This document shows positions 25,641 to 39,509 of a DNA stretch of 64,000 bases, piece by piece (within the stretch, counting starts at the first letter, position 1; each line of letters starts with the position of its first letter). Below the pieces are notes generated by a model. The model searched no databases and was not told the DNA's origin. It was given only the letters and a program-made list of their open reading frames with translations. The DNA comes from Octopus bimaculoides (lineage: Eukaryota). Position numbers and translations under genes: made by a program. The DNA is taken from contig NC_068986.1 of the NCBI RefSeq assembly GCF_001194135.2, positions 9,308,710 through 9,372,709 on the forward strand. Reading direction: 5' to 3'.

Positions 25641-28600
25641 AATTGGTCTTTCTGAAGATATGGATAAAGATATGTATGGTCATTGTGTTTTCATTTTGAT
25701 GAAGGAGACAAAACTTGCATCACTTCATTGAAGGGGAAATGAGTTTAAAACCCATCTTAAACTGAGTTTTGTCAAAGAATATTAGAAGCTGCCTGTAAAA
25801 CCAGCACATTTTTCTCTTTGTGTCCTTTCTGAGGATTTGTACAAAATTTAGAATCTACAAATAGAATTTACTCCAAAGTAAGGATGCTTATATTTTATAT
25901 GCTTTTTTTTTTTATACATCACCTGTCATCCAGGAAAACATTTACTGAAGTTAATCCTCTTTTTATAAATATTTCAAAATGTCACAGGACATGTTTTCAA
26001 ATGGAGACATTCTTTTAATTACTCTCACAAATTCCATTTCCACTGAAGATTTTGGTATGTTGTGATTCTCTTTATATATCAGTTCCCTCCTCCCCCTCTC
26101 TCTTTTTCATTCACATTTATCCACTTTCATCTGTCTGTCTCTTTCTTTTATCCTTATCCTTTCATCTCTCACCATCCCTCTCTGTATCATTGTCTCCTTC
26201 CTCTTTCTTCTATACTTCCTCATTCTCCCCTTCTTTACATATCTTTTTGCTTTACCAATTACAACCATCTTAAATGTTTAATGGGAGATGTTTCTTCTGC
26301 ATGCACAACACATTACTGATATTTAAGCTTTTTTCCTTTCTCCTTGTTCTGCACCCGACTGATCTTTTCCACTTTCTTTGTGTAATCCATAAGCAAGCCT
26401 GAATTCTAAACGAGTCCCTAAATGGGTAATGACACAAAAGGAAGTGGTTAAACTGTTGGTGTTAATGGAGCACATTGAAATAGTGGTCTTTCAGTGTGTC
26501 TTGACACAACATAAAATAGTCGAGGTGTGTGTGTGGGGGGGGAGATAAATTAGTATTAAGGCTTTAAATATTTATAAGAGGAGAATTTCTTCTCTGATGA
26601 CAACTGACCTTTCTCTATCTTTATATGTTTTTATTTGCATTAAAAAAGTAATATTCTACAAATAAACATGGACTTACAAATATACATTTTCAGCTACACC
26701 CTAATTTTGTTTTATTTCATGTTGCTAATATATATATGCATGTGTGTGTGTGTGTGAGTGTATATATAGAATGACTTTGAATCTGATACATAAAATTGGC
26801 GAGTGACTTAGGTCAGAATTAATGCTGTATATATATTGGACTGTTGGAATGATATCATTTTTCCATTATAAGCCAGGAAATGGTAACCTTGTCCTTTGCA
26901 AGTCGGATTGCTTTTTAACCTGCAAAGGAAACTCTCTATTAGTGGGTGTGGAGGTGGGGGTTTGCTTTGTCAGAAGCAGAATGAACAAATATAAAAAAAA
27001 AAGGGATCACTTTTGATGAGAACATGACCTACAATTAGTTAATAATGTCAAATAGTTTTCTGTACTAACTCAATAGGTCAGACACTGTGCTGTCATTATA
27101 ATAACTCTGCTTCATTTATCTCTCTCTATTTTGGGCCTTGTGCCTAGAGTAGAAAAGATTTCTCTTTCTCTCTATATATATCATCGTGCATTCTATTATT
27201 GCTCTTTTATTTTCTGTTTTTTTTTTATTTATAGGATTTGTTTAAAAAGAAGAAAAGAATATTAAGGTTAAATTGTATGTTGTAGTTAATTAAAATTAAT
27301 AAATCAATATTTAACTGCTCTAGGGTGGTGAGCTGGCAGAATTGTTAGCACACTGGGTGAAATACTTAATGGTATTTTGTCTGCCGTTACATTCTGAGTT
27401 CAAATTCCGCCGAGGTCGACTTTGCCTTTCATCTTTTCGGGGTTGATTAAATAAGTACCAGTTATGCATTGGGGTCGACTTAATCCCTTTGTCTGTCCTT
27501 GTTTGTCCCCTCTATGTTTAGCCCCCTGTGGGCAATAAAGAAATATTTAACTGCTCTTTCTTGGTTTCATTTCAGTCAGTCTTGTAATTAATATTATTCG
27601 TAGGTGCAAGTGTGGCTGTATGGTTAAGTTTGTTTCCTAATCACATGATTTCAGGTTCAATCCATTTGCATGCAACTTCAGGCAAGTGTCTTCTATGGCC
27701 CTGGACCGACCAAAGCCTCCTGAGTGAATTTTGTAAGATGGAAATGGAAAGAAGCCCAGTGTATGTGTGTGTGCCTTTGTGTCGACTTGATGTGATTGTT
27801 GTAAATGAGTGCCACTGTCATACAAGCAGTGTCTTTCATTTCCTGTCTTCCATGAAAATATGTCCGTTATGGAGAAGCATTACCTTCCTTGGAAACAGGT
27901 GAGGGTTGGCAACTGGAAGGGCATCCAGCTGTAGAAACCTTCCTCATCTACCTTCCTTCCTAACCTTGGCTAGCTTGGAAAAATAGATGTTAAGCAAAGT
28001 TCATTGTGTTTGAGCAAATACTTCACATGCATTTGTTACAGGCATTTATATATATATATATACGATTCACTGTCTTGTAAAAAGCTACCAAATGAATAAA
28101 TCTAAGAGGATTTTTGTGTGTTGCAATCTCGTTCCTTCTTGTTTGTGGGTGGGGGCTGAGGGTCTGTGGATTTTAAGACAGAATTAATTGGCATTCCGTC
28201 GGTAATAATAGTGAACGTTCCAGTTGATCTGATAGACAGAACAGCCTGTTCGTGAAATGAATGTGCAAGCAGTTGAGTACTCCACAGACATGCATACCCT
28301 TAACATAGTTCTCAGGAAGATTCAGCATGATACAGAATGTGATAAGGCTGGCCCCTTTGGAATTTCAGGTACAACTCATTTTTGTCATATGAGTGGGCTG
28401 GACACAATGTGACGTCAGGAATTGAACTCTCAACCTTTATGATTGAGAGGCAAATACCGTAACCACTTCACAAGACATAATTATTGGCTTCTAAAGAAGC
28501 TATAGATTCAAGACAACCTGAAATCAATAGTGTCATACTAATTAACTATAAAACCATTGTTGACTTTGCAGCTTTGCTCAAATATATTTGCCGCTAATGA

Positions 28601-29688
28601 TTCTTGTATTTTACCATTGTGTGTTTCCAACAGTAACTGCAAAATTTATTGCAAACATTTTAATATGTATTTCAAAGCTTATAATGTTATAGACACCACT
28701 GAGCAGAAGTTCATAGATTGAACATAAAATGGAGGACTTAATAAACCAAATTATTTTTGGTCCTGAAGAACAAGATAAAGTTTCTTACAAGATAATTACT
28801 GAAGAATTGACTGAAGATTTTGGAAAAGTGCTTGCTTTTTCTGATTGCTTTTAATAAATTTCTTTAATGTTCAATGAAGCTGAGTCACTCATATGATTTG
28901 GTAACTAAAATGATTTCATTAGCATGAGATTGTAAGTTCTAAGATAATTTGAATATTGGTAACTGCCTGATATGTGATCAAGTTGTCACATTTACATCAC
29001 ACAAAGAAATATGCCATGTCTATGTGACAAGAATCCATCACTCTGCCAAATCTATTATTCATGTATAAGAAACCAAACCATTCCTGAGTCATACAACATT
29101 AACAAAATTTCTGCAATGTCATTAAATTATGCATAACTGTGTGGGAGGAAGTTTGCACGATTTAGGTTCAGTCCCACTGCGTGGCACATTGGGCAAGAAT
29201 CTTTTACTATAGCCTTGGACTAACCAAAGACTTGTGAGTGGATTTAGTTGACGGAATCTAAAAGAAGCCTGTTGTATGTGTATATATTAAGTGTATGTGT
29301 GTGTCTTTGTGTCTGTACTCCCCCCCCCCCCACTTTATGACTGGTGTTGGTGTTTACGTCCCTGTTACTTAGCAATTTGGCAAAAGAGACTGATAGAATA
29401 AGTATTGGGGTTGATACGTTTGACTAAAATTCTCAAAAGTAGTACCCCAGCATGGCCACGTTCTAATGATTTAAACAAGTGAAAAGTAATGTTAAAATCA
29501 TGAAGGACAGCTTTTTTAAAATTTATTTATATTTTCCAAGAAGCTTGAGTCATATTTTGCTGCAAATTGCGAAAGTCAATCACCGAAGCTGACATGGTTC
29601 CAGTTTTTCCTTTAGCTTTTATTTAAAATTTATTGAACAAAGGCTATAGAACAGGTAACAAAAGGTGATTGTTCATGAAATGTGTTTA

Positions 29689-29908
29689 TTAATCCTTTTG
29701 ATACCAACCCATCTGAGACCATCCCTACTTCTACAATGCAAACATTCTCTTTTAAAATGATCTAAATTAAATTTCCATAAAAATTTCATGTTAGGTTCTA
29801 ACTGCCGTGCTAAAAAACAACACAATTATTTCACTAAATTCTTCTTTATTTTCAAAATTGAAACAAAGGCAGTTTATTTCAACAGAAAACTGGTAACAGA
29901 AGGGTTAA
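29689..29908. mobile_element. TTAA MITE family A
   Basis: TTAATCCTTTTGATACCAACC...GGTAACAGAAGGGTTAA. Confidence 0.7.
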
Positions 29909-30518
29909 AAACCATCAATGCCTAATTCCTCATTTGATGCTTCAAATACCTTCAATTCTTCTTTTTGATTTAGCTTTACATTGCTATCTCAGTTCATTAT
30001 TATCATCTAAACTTGCAGTGATGCTTCTAATTGCATCCTGTTTATTCCACAGCAGGGATGTCAGTTCTTGAAAAAAAAAAAAAAAGCTTTTGGAAACCAT
30101 ATGTTTTCAGGTAAATGATTCCAAGCTACTTTTGCCCAGGTGGCAATAAGAGAATGGCTAAGATTTTTGAGATTACTTCCTGCTGTTTTTCTTTGTCATC
30201 TGCTTCATCTTTACCATTTATTTACTATTTGGCATTTTCTTCAGTTGGGGAGTTTCTTCTTTCTTCATAACCCAATGCTGTTACCTGATGCAAGTTACTT
30301 GGCAACCCCACTGGTGCTGGTGCACCTAAAAGCCAGTTGTGCCAGTGCCATATAAAAATCACTCAGGCTTTGTAAAGTGGTTGATGTTAGGAAGGACATC
30401 CTGTCCTAAAAGCCTTACCAAAACAGGCAATTGGACCCTGGTGCAGTTCTCCAGCTTGTCAGCTTGTGTCAAACAGTCCAGCCCATGCCAGCATGGAAAA
30501 TGGGCATTAAATGATGAT

Positions 30519-30563
<45 letters not shown>

Positions 30564-30929
30564 ACACACAATGCTCTTACAATATCTCTCTTTCACATCC
30601 ATACTTTCAGTAAACATATGTATACAATGGTGTTTCTTACATCTCTTTAGATCTATATTTTTAGTACACACACGTGTGTGTTTGTGTGCATTGAGGGTGT
30701 TGTGTACAACAGACTTTCTTACAATGTATCTCTTTTCTCTACATATCCCTGCTTTTAATACAGGGGTGTATGTATTGCATATGTGTTCCACTATTGGTAC
30801 AAATCAATAATGTAACTATCAGGTTTAATCTTCTCAATTAAAGAACAGCTTTTAAACAATGCAGTGTGTAACCACACACACACACACACACCTGGCACAT
30901 GAACAGATTAACAATTGTCAATGGATTTA

Positions 30930-31190
30930 TTCACTACAGTGAACTATATTCAGTCTATTCACTAAGTTCACTACAGTGAATCACATTGGCATGTTTACCA
31001 TGTTCAGCATGGTGCCACACTGGACCTGTTCACCATGTCCGCTATGGTAAACCATATTGGGCCTGTTCACCATGTCCACTATGGTAAACCATATTGGACC
31101 TGTTTACTATGTTCACTTCAGTTAGTCACACTGAACCTGTTTACTGTTTTTGTTACAGTGAGCCACATTGGATCTGTCCATTACATTCAG
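30930..31190. repeat. Degenerate 37-bp minisatellite (about 7 units)
   Basis: The unit anchor (c/t)ctgt recurs at 31025, 31062, 31099, 31136 and 31173. The best unit is cctgttcaccatgtccactatggtaaaccatattgga. Confidence 0.8.
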
Positions 31191-31559
31191 TACAAGGAAC
31201 TACATTCAGCTTGGAAACAGTGTTTCATAGAGACAATGGGATGTATACATTAATCAGATGTTTTGGGATTACCTCCCTCCTCTCCAAAACATCCTCTCCT
31301 TTTTTTTTCATTCTTTACACTTGTGTATATCTCTTCCTCAGTTTTGTGCCAATTTGTTACATTATACATGAGGAAATACAATATTTGTTCTATTATACAT
31401 CGGAAATGCTATAAGTATTTACATACTTATTGTATTTCCTCTCAACAATTGACCATCATAAGTCTAAACATCGACTATATTAACTGACTCTGGCTCCACC
31501 TATCCCACAATTCAAGATGCTGTAGAAGCGTCATGAGTATTTCATGTTTGTAGTTTCAC

Positions 31560-31782
31560 CTTTTAGCATTCAGATTATTCTGTTAAATGTAATTCTTGTT
31601 CATTTACATTGTGATCAATTAATCATGTATTATTCTGTAGCTTTGAAATTTTGATGATGTGATTGTTTATTTTTAGAGTGACAATGTAAGGTAGATGTAA
31701 GAAGTTGGATTTGGTTAGTTTGAACACAAAGCCAGGAGAATATTTGGGCCAGGTATGGCAAGGTTAAATAGTAAAGGGTTAA
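31560..31782. mobile_element. TTAA MITE family B (further copies at 48991-49217, 51317-51540 and 58191-58412)
   Basis: Shared body 'tttagcattcagattactctgtcaaatg...ggccagatctggccag...aaagggttaa', with TTAA-CC termini in the best copies. Confidence 0.7.
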
Positions 31783-33342
31783 GGAAATTAGTTCCAGTGC
31801 AGCTGTTTCAAACTACAACTCCTTGGATTTTGCTATTTGTTTTACATTTTCCATGCTTGCATGGGTTTGGTGACTGTTATCTATCTCAAGCATTATCTTA
31901 CAGCTGGATGCCTTTCCTGATGCTAACCCTTACCTGTTTTTAAGTAAGGGCTCTTTTGTGCCACACAGCTTTGAAGGCATGAAGTGACTGGATGAGTTGT
32001 TGATAGGAAAACTGAGAACAACACCTGGCTGATGGAACCTTTTTTTGTACAAGCGATCACAAATACAAACATGCTCCTGTACTGTTATCATTTGATGTCC
32101 ATGTTCGATGCTGGCACGGGTTATACAGTTTAACAGGATCTGATGGCTTCAGCAATCTGCTTTGTCATGGTTTCTCTGGCTGGATGCCTGCGGAGCTTTC
32201 TGTTGGGAAATGAGGGTCAGGGAATGAGAAGCAGGTGGTGGTTGTAGGGGAACTCCATGGCTGCTCACATTTAGAGGAGATAGTGAGAATGAATCCGTAA
32301 TAGCTACAATGAGATAATTAATGAATCCACTTGCAAGAGAAACTACGTAATAACAGTAAATGTTTAAACTTCAGTTCAGCTGAGCAGTAAGCATATCCTT
32401 AGTTGTCTTTATAAAATCCTTCTGCTCTGTTAGTTGTTAGTTAATTTGATTCTATGCTTGGGTTAGAAGCAGTGCATGGTGAGCCACAACTGAAGACATG
32501 GCAGATTTCACATTTATCTGTGTTCCAGAAAGTTACCGTCTTCACAACTGGAACATCAACCAAGGATTGACAGTGAAATTGTTTGAAACAAGACATGGCT
32601 TCAACTAAACGTCTGATGTTGCTTTGCTTCCATAAAATACAATTATACAGAATTTTACAACCTAATTAATAACGCTAAGTCATTAATTAGGTTTATTTAT
32701 CTTTCCTAATTAGGTGTAATTAGGTCTCATAAATGAACTGAATATAGAAGTATGGTTAACTCTTACCATACTTTGGTCATTTCAGTTCATGATTGTACTC
32801 TTTCGGTCATTGACCAACATTTATAACCGTAATTACTATTTGAAAAAACCCAGAAAAATAAAAAAAAAATTTCATAATTATTTTTTTAGACAAGTTAATT
32901 TTTATCACAATAAATGGAATTCTGTAGTGTGAAATATATACATAGAGTTGATGTGGAAAAATTAATTTGACATGTGGCTATATTTTAATCTCTTTTAGAA
33001 ATTAAATTTCAATAATATATTTTAAAACTTGGTGGTGGTGGTCGTTGTCATTTAATGTCCATCTTCCATGCTGGCATCATGGGTTGGGCAGTTTAACAGG
33101 ATCCAATGGGCCCATGGACTGCATCATGCTCCAGTGTCTGCTTTGGTATGGTTTTTACAGCTGGATGCTCTCACTAACATTTCAAACTTCACTGTTGTAG
33201 TGGCGGTGGGGGATTGTTGACTCCACCCTCTCCCAAATTTATGCCCCCCCTCCCAATTCCTGTCTTTGTTACATTGGATTGGTGGAATTGTTAGAATGTC
33301 AGAGAAAAAAGATTTTCTGCAGTATTTGTTTTAATGCTTTAT

Positions 33343-33874
33343 TGAAGTAGTTGTATGCTGTCAACTTAATGTGACAGTCCCATGAAAGGAATAATACTAC
33401 TGTTGTTTAGACCTAGGAAGCTGAACTGCTTCCTGTTGGACTTGACACATTTCCTGTGTCTTTATGTTTACAAGGGGGAGATTAGCACCTCCACCCAGCT
33501 AAGCCTGCATCCAGAGACATATTTCTGAGTCTTTGCTCGTCATCAGTCTGGAGTAGCATGACTTGCTAGTCGAAGATGCCTGCTAAGCTCTTGTAAACAT
33601 AATTCTAGTGAAATACATTCACTGATTTCAAAATTAGAAATAGTACATTTCTAAATCTCTTAGCTGAGTGGAAGTGCTTGTCTCCTCCTTGTAAACATAA
33701 GGACACAGGAAATGTATCAAGGCTGACAGGGAGCGGTGCAGCTTCCTAGGTTTAAACAACAGTAGTATTATTCCCTTCATGAGACTGTCACATTAAGTTG
33801 ACAGTATACAACTACTTCAACGTATCACTACTGCATAAATCTCTCTGAGAGATTTAGAAATGTACTATTTCTAA
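33343..33874. mobile_element. Non-autonomous Penelope-like insertion with inverted terminal duplication and 12-bp TSD
   Basis: TSD TTAATGCTTTAT at 33331-33342 and 33875-33886. Arms of about 160 bp at 33343-33503 and 33659-33819 are inverted relative to each other, with a hammerhead core inside. Confidence 0.7.
33510..33552 (-). ncRNA. Minimal type I hammerhead ribozyme motif
   Basis: The minus strand reads TCCAGA-CTGATGA-CGAG caaaga CTCA-GAAA-T at GTC-TCTGGA. It has a perfect 6-bp stem I, the complete core and a GUC triplet. The first stem II pair is C/A and pair 15.2-16.2 is U-G. Confidence 0.75.
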
Positions 33875-34232
33875 TTAATGCTTTATGTTCTGAGTTCTGT
33901 GAGTTCAAATCTCACTGAGGTCAACTCTGCCTTCTGTGTGTTTGAGATTAATTAACTAAAATATGGGTTGAGTACCAGGATCAGTAGGATTGGCTAATCA
34001 TCTTCTCTCAAAAATGATCCAAGCTAGAAACAATTATCTCTGTGGTGTCACATTTCTAAATTTACTCATTTCATATTGCAAAAATATTTTATTAATTCTC
34101 TCTAATTTATATATATATATATATATATNNNNNNNNNNNNNNNNNNNNNNNNNNNNNNNNNNNNNNNNNNNNNNNNNNNNNNNNNNNNNNNNNNNNNNNN
34201 NNNNNNNNNNNNNNNNNNNNNNNNNNNNNNNN

Positions 34233-34840
34233 AGAGTTTCTACTGCTGGATGCCCTTCCTAACACCAACCACTCCGAGAGTGTAGTGGGTACTTTTACGT
34301 GCCACCAGCACAAGGATCAGTCAGGTGGTACTGGCAACAGCCACGCTCAAAACGGTGTTTTTTTTTTTTTTTTTTACGTACCACCTGCACAGGAGCCAGC
34401 CCAGTGGCACTGGCAACGACCTCGCTTGAGTATTTTTTCACGTGTCACTGGCACACGTGCCAGTAAGACTATGCTGGTGCTATTTACGTGCCACTGGCAT
34501 GAAAGCCAGACAGCTGCTCTGGCAATGATAACGCTCGGATGGTACTGTTAGCACTCCACTGGCACAGGTGCCAGTCATAGAATTTGGTTCAATTTCAATT
34601 TCACTTGCCCCAATAGGTCTTTGCAAGCAGAGTTTAGTGTCCAATGAAGGAAAGGTTGGCATGGGCGCCAGTCGTCGAATTTGGTTCGATTTCACTTGCC
34701 TCAACAGGTCTTCGCAAGCAGAGTTTAGTGTCCAATGAAAGAAAGGTATGCATAAGTGGGCTGGCTACACCCCTGGCAGAGGCCGCGGATTACGGTCTCA
34801 CTTGACTTGCCGGGTCTTCTCACGCACAGCATATTTTTAT
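34233..34840 (-). mobile_element. RTE-related repeat with internal tandem subrepeats
   Basis: 'gctggatgcccttcctaacaccaacc' block followed by repeated 'gccac..gcac...ggcaac..cctcgct' units and an approximately 90-bp direct repeat (about 34580-34660 and 34680-34750). Same family as 63662-64000. Confidence 0.7.
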
Positions 34841-37688
34841 ATATATATATGCATTTAATTTATCTATGCAGTTGGAGCTTGTAGAGTAAAAGCAAAAATT
34901 TTCAGCCAGAAAATTAAGACACTACAAGTGAGAGGTATCACCTTGCTTGACCAATTATATTTTATGTAAAATAAGTTTTCTAATTTTGGAGAGATTACAA
35001 GTTTTTAGTGTGTCTTTTATGTTCTTTTCTGAGCAACCCATCCATGAACATAAGATATCTTGGTACATAAACAATACAGATAACATGAAGTTGCATGATC
35101 ACAACTTAGCTCTTTTTACAGCTTAACAACACTAACGAACCCATGTAGCTTCTTGAATAATTAAGAAAATTTCAATGTAATCACTCAGCCTTTTAGAAGT
35201 GGCAGCCAGATCTTTTGCATCTTTATAATGTCATATTATAAAAGTACAGCAGCCACAAAGTACTCAGCAATCACAAAGTGATCAATGCAAGCCAAATGAG
35301 ATTAAGATAAACTAAAATTAGCAGTGTATACAGATAGGCATAGGTATGTGGTTTTGGGTTCAGTCCCATTGCACAGTCCCATTGCTCTTGTGCTGGTGGC
35401 ATGTAAAAAGCACTATTTCAGTGTGGTTGATGCCAGTGCTGCCTGACTGGCCCCCGTGCTGGTGGTATGTAAAAAGCACCCACTACACTCTCTGAGTGGT
35501 TGGTGCCAGGAAGGGCATCCAGCTGTAGAAACCTGGCAAAATCAGATTGGAGCCTGGTGCAGCCTTCTGACTTGCCAGTCCTCAGTCAAACCGTCCAACC
35601 AATGCTAGCATGGAAAGTGGATGTTAAATGATGATGATGATGAACACTGGTGTTGATCTAATTGACTTATCCCCTCCCCAAAATTGTGTCAAAATTTGAA
35701 ACCAATATTCAATCCTAAAAATATAATGGGATTTCTAAAACATCAAATAGCTTTGAGAGTCCATCTGATTCATGATCATTGTCGTTGTTTAACGTCCGCT
35801 TTCCATGCTGGCGATCTACCCGGTCTGCCCACCTACCACAACCTACTTAACATACTCACAAACTTTATTGTCACACCTCAGTGTTCACATCCTGGTACAC
35901 AGACAATACAGGTAACACAAGATGAACTACAAGACATCAAAGCTAAACTCTTTTTTGACATCTTACCCAACACACACTCGTACTTCACTGAGCTCACTCT
36001 GACTCATTTCCACATATCCCTGATTACATCACACACATAACACAAATTGCATTGCAAATACTCTTCCTATCACTTTCCTCCAAACACCCACCACTTAATG
36101 CACGCCCACACAGTCATACATCAATTTAAAAAATAATATTTAGTGATACTATTTTTACTAAAAGACACGATCATGGTTTCAGAATTCAGTGGGCCCTAAT
36201 TATCAATATAGATATCAGAGCACATTTGAGCCAAAGAAATTGCAGAAGGAATCCCCTCGTTATTGACAGTTATTAGGCGCAGGCATGGCTATGTGGTAAG
36301 AAGCTTACTTTCTAACAAGATCATAGTTCCAGGTTCAGTCCTACTGTGTGGCACTTTGGGTGTCTCCTATAATTGACCCAGGCTGATAAAGCTGTGAGAG
36401 TGGATCTGGTAGACAGAAACTGGAAAAAGTATGTCGCATGCATGTGTGTGTATGTGTTGTGTCTGTGAGTACCTTTGTCTTGGCATCATGTGATATTTGT
36501 AAACAAGTATCACTGTCATACATGCAGTGTCATTTATTTTCAATCTTCTGTAAAAAAAAGTGTCTGGCCATGGGGGCGGGGTGGAGAATATTACCTTAGT
36601 TGAAAACAAGTGAGGGTATGCAACAGGGAGGGTATTCAATCATGGAAAATTTGCCTTCCAACCCATGCAAGCATGGAAAAGTGGAAGTGATGATGATGAT
36701 GTGTCTGGGGAATGTTGATCTTTGAGTGTGATTCAATTCTTTGTTGGAATGGTTCAGCATTAATTGTTATGAGAAAGGTATTATTGGATCAAATGAAACC
36801 TGATGAATGATATTATGACATATTCACTTAAGATGGTGAGCTGGCAGAACCGTTAGCACGCTGGGAAAAATGTTAAGTGGCATTTTGTCTGTCTTTACAT
36901 TCTGAGTTCAAATTCCACTGGGGTCAACTTTGCCCTTCAGCCTTTCAGGGCAGATGAAATTAATACCAGTTGCATACTGGAGTTGATGTAACTGACTTAT
37001 CCTCTCCCACAAAATTGCTGACCTTGTCGCTGAAATTTGAAACCAGTATTACATATTCACTTTTAAACTATCTGTTGTATAAAGGATAGAGCTGCTTTAT
37101 CATTTTTTTACGTGTGTGTGTGTAACATGCATAGAGAGGAGATTGAGATCAGACTGAAGCAATGTTTGGAATTCCTGAATAAAGATTAATGACTTCCAGA
37201 ATGCTAATCATTTAACAGAAGGATGTTTTTGCGATGGTGTCTTTTTTAAAGAAATGAAATCTAATTTCTTGTAAAAAGACAACTTGAAGTGACTTAAGTT
37301 TGTAGGCACTGGATTCCTAACCAGATTTCACATGTATTTGCTGTCCTAAAGGAAATGGTTGAACCTCACAGATTCCATTTTTACATTTTCTATGACTTAA
37401 ATCAGTTGGTTTGATCATTTGTTTATCACTTCTGATCACTGAATCTCAATCAACCGATTGATCGAACCTGCAGTGTGTGGGTCGAATGTTGCCTTCATGT
37501 TAACCCTTTTGTTATATTTCAGTTGAAATACATTGCCTTTGTTTAAATTAATTAAAAATAAATATATATAGTTAATCAAATATATTTAGTGAGGATAAAG
37601 TGTACTGGATTTCAGATAAGTGCTCTTGTTATGAGAAATGTCTAAAACCTTAAAGGTATTTAGAGATTCAATTAGAGCGATTATATAT

Positions 37689-37954
37689 TACAGAGTAAAA
37701 GCAGGAAAACTTACATAAAAAAAATCACAGAATATATATGTCTATGATATAAATAATATTGTATTAATAAATATATAAAGTATGATCATTTAAAAAGGTT
37801 TGAGCTATCTTAAAACTGTTTCATGAATGTATTACCTTAAACCTTTTTAAATAATCATACTTTGTATATTTATCTATTAATACAATATTATTTATATTAT
37901 GGACGTATATCTTCTGTGATTTTTTGATGTAATTTTTTCTGCTTTTACTTTGTA
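37689..37954. repeat. Long AT-rich hairpin (113/116-bp arms, 37-nt loop)
   Basis: 37689-37801 aligns to the reverse complement of 37839-37954 with 10 substitutions and two small indels (hand alignment). Confidence 0.9.
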
Positions 37955-38316
37955 CTTGGAAATAATGAAGAATTTTATTAAATTCTTCATTATTGAACTG
38001 GTGTTTGGAACATGAATTAACATGAAGAGTGTGTGTGTGTGTGTGTGTGTGTAAAATAATTTAGGTGAGAAAAAGATGAGAAATTGAAATCAGTGTTATG
38101 ATTGTTTTTGCAAATAAACTTTGGTTTATTCCGCACAAACTCTTACAATAAATGCAGTGAAATTATTACTGTTCATTCACATTTTCAGAGATTTGTGAAG
38201 AGCTCCTCTTTGCAATTGGTTGAACTGATATTTTTCTGTTATTAGCTAGGTCTCTACATAAAGTGTCAATGAACTGTTAGGTTGGATTATAGTTATCCCT
38301 TCAATCTACATCTATC

Positions 38317-38738
38317 TTTAATGCTGTTGGCACAGTCAGATTGAAAGGTACTGCACAGGTGTTGAAACCATAGTGATATCCATTTGGCAACTGATGGGAA
38401 TACACCTATGTTATGCTCAATTGTGAATTTCTTATAGCCTAGTTTTGTTATTCTGGGTTGTCCTTTATTCTTTGTACATACTAGTTTCTAGCTATAAGTT
38501 ATCAGTATTTCTTTACTCTTATGTTGTTACTTTTAGTCATAAGCTGGTGGAGTCCCAGGCAGCAATTATAATTTTAATGCTGTTGACATCTGTCAGATTC
38601 AATGGTATTACTGCCCAGGTGTCAAAACCATAATGATAACCATATGGGCAGCTGATGATGGGAATGTACATACATTATGCTCAATTGTGGATTTCTTATA
38701 TCTTAGTCTTACTATTCTGGATTGTCATTCATTCTTGG
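38317..38738. repeat. Old direct duplication of about 160 bp (period 256)
   Basis: 'tttaatgctgttggcacagtcagatt...ttatgctcaattgtgaatttcttata...' at 38317 versus 'tttaatgctgttgacatctgtcagatt...ttatgctcaattgtggatttcttata...' at 38573. Confidence 0.8.
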
Positions 38739-39509
38739 GAAGTGGAAAGTGTTTGTAGATTCCTAGTCTGTGAGAATCGTTTACTTTGGTATTGGTTTTA
38801 TTCATAGGTAATCTTATTAGGCTTAGGCAATGGTTAGATATTGGTGTCTAGTTTCGGAAGATTCTGTGATGCACATACACACATGCACATGTGTGTGTAT
38901 TTATATGAAATATTTGGAAACAAGAAGGAGCTGATGACTACATATATCATTCTCATTGTTTAACATCCATTCTCCATGCTGGTATGGGTTAGACATTTTG
39001 AGAGGAGTTGACAAGCCAGAGAACTGCATCTCATCTAGGCTAACTCTTTCCTAATTAGTTGAGCTGTGGTCCTTTCTGTAATTTTCATCACCTAATCCAG
39101 CAATTTGATATCTTTTGTAATTGCTTCTTAGGCATTTCCTTTACCCTTGTAACAGTTGAGTACAATCTTGCTACACCAATTGTTTTATATAAAGTGCATA
39201 TGTGTGTAATATGCGTGTATGTATGTATATATATATGAAACCTGTTTTATCAAAATATACAAGTCTTACATTCTTGCATGTATGCTTCTGTTATTTTGGA
39301 ATATCGTTTACTAAATATTCCGTTACTATGCCAACTGAATTACGATGAGATATTTCTTCATATGTTTCTCTGTTATTGCTATCAACATAAGCTTGTATTG
39401 TAAGAATATATTCCTCAGCTGATCTAAACAAACGTCTACTTTGTTTACAGAATTGAAGTCAGTGAAGAAGACATTACCAGTTGCAGTTCCTTAATTGTAC
39501 ATATTGAAA

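Noticed and set aside
30930-31190. CRISPR-like array
   Set aside because: The units are contiguous tandem repeats without unique spacers, the context is eukaryotic and there are no cas genes.
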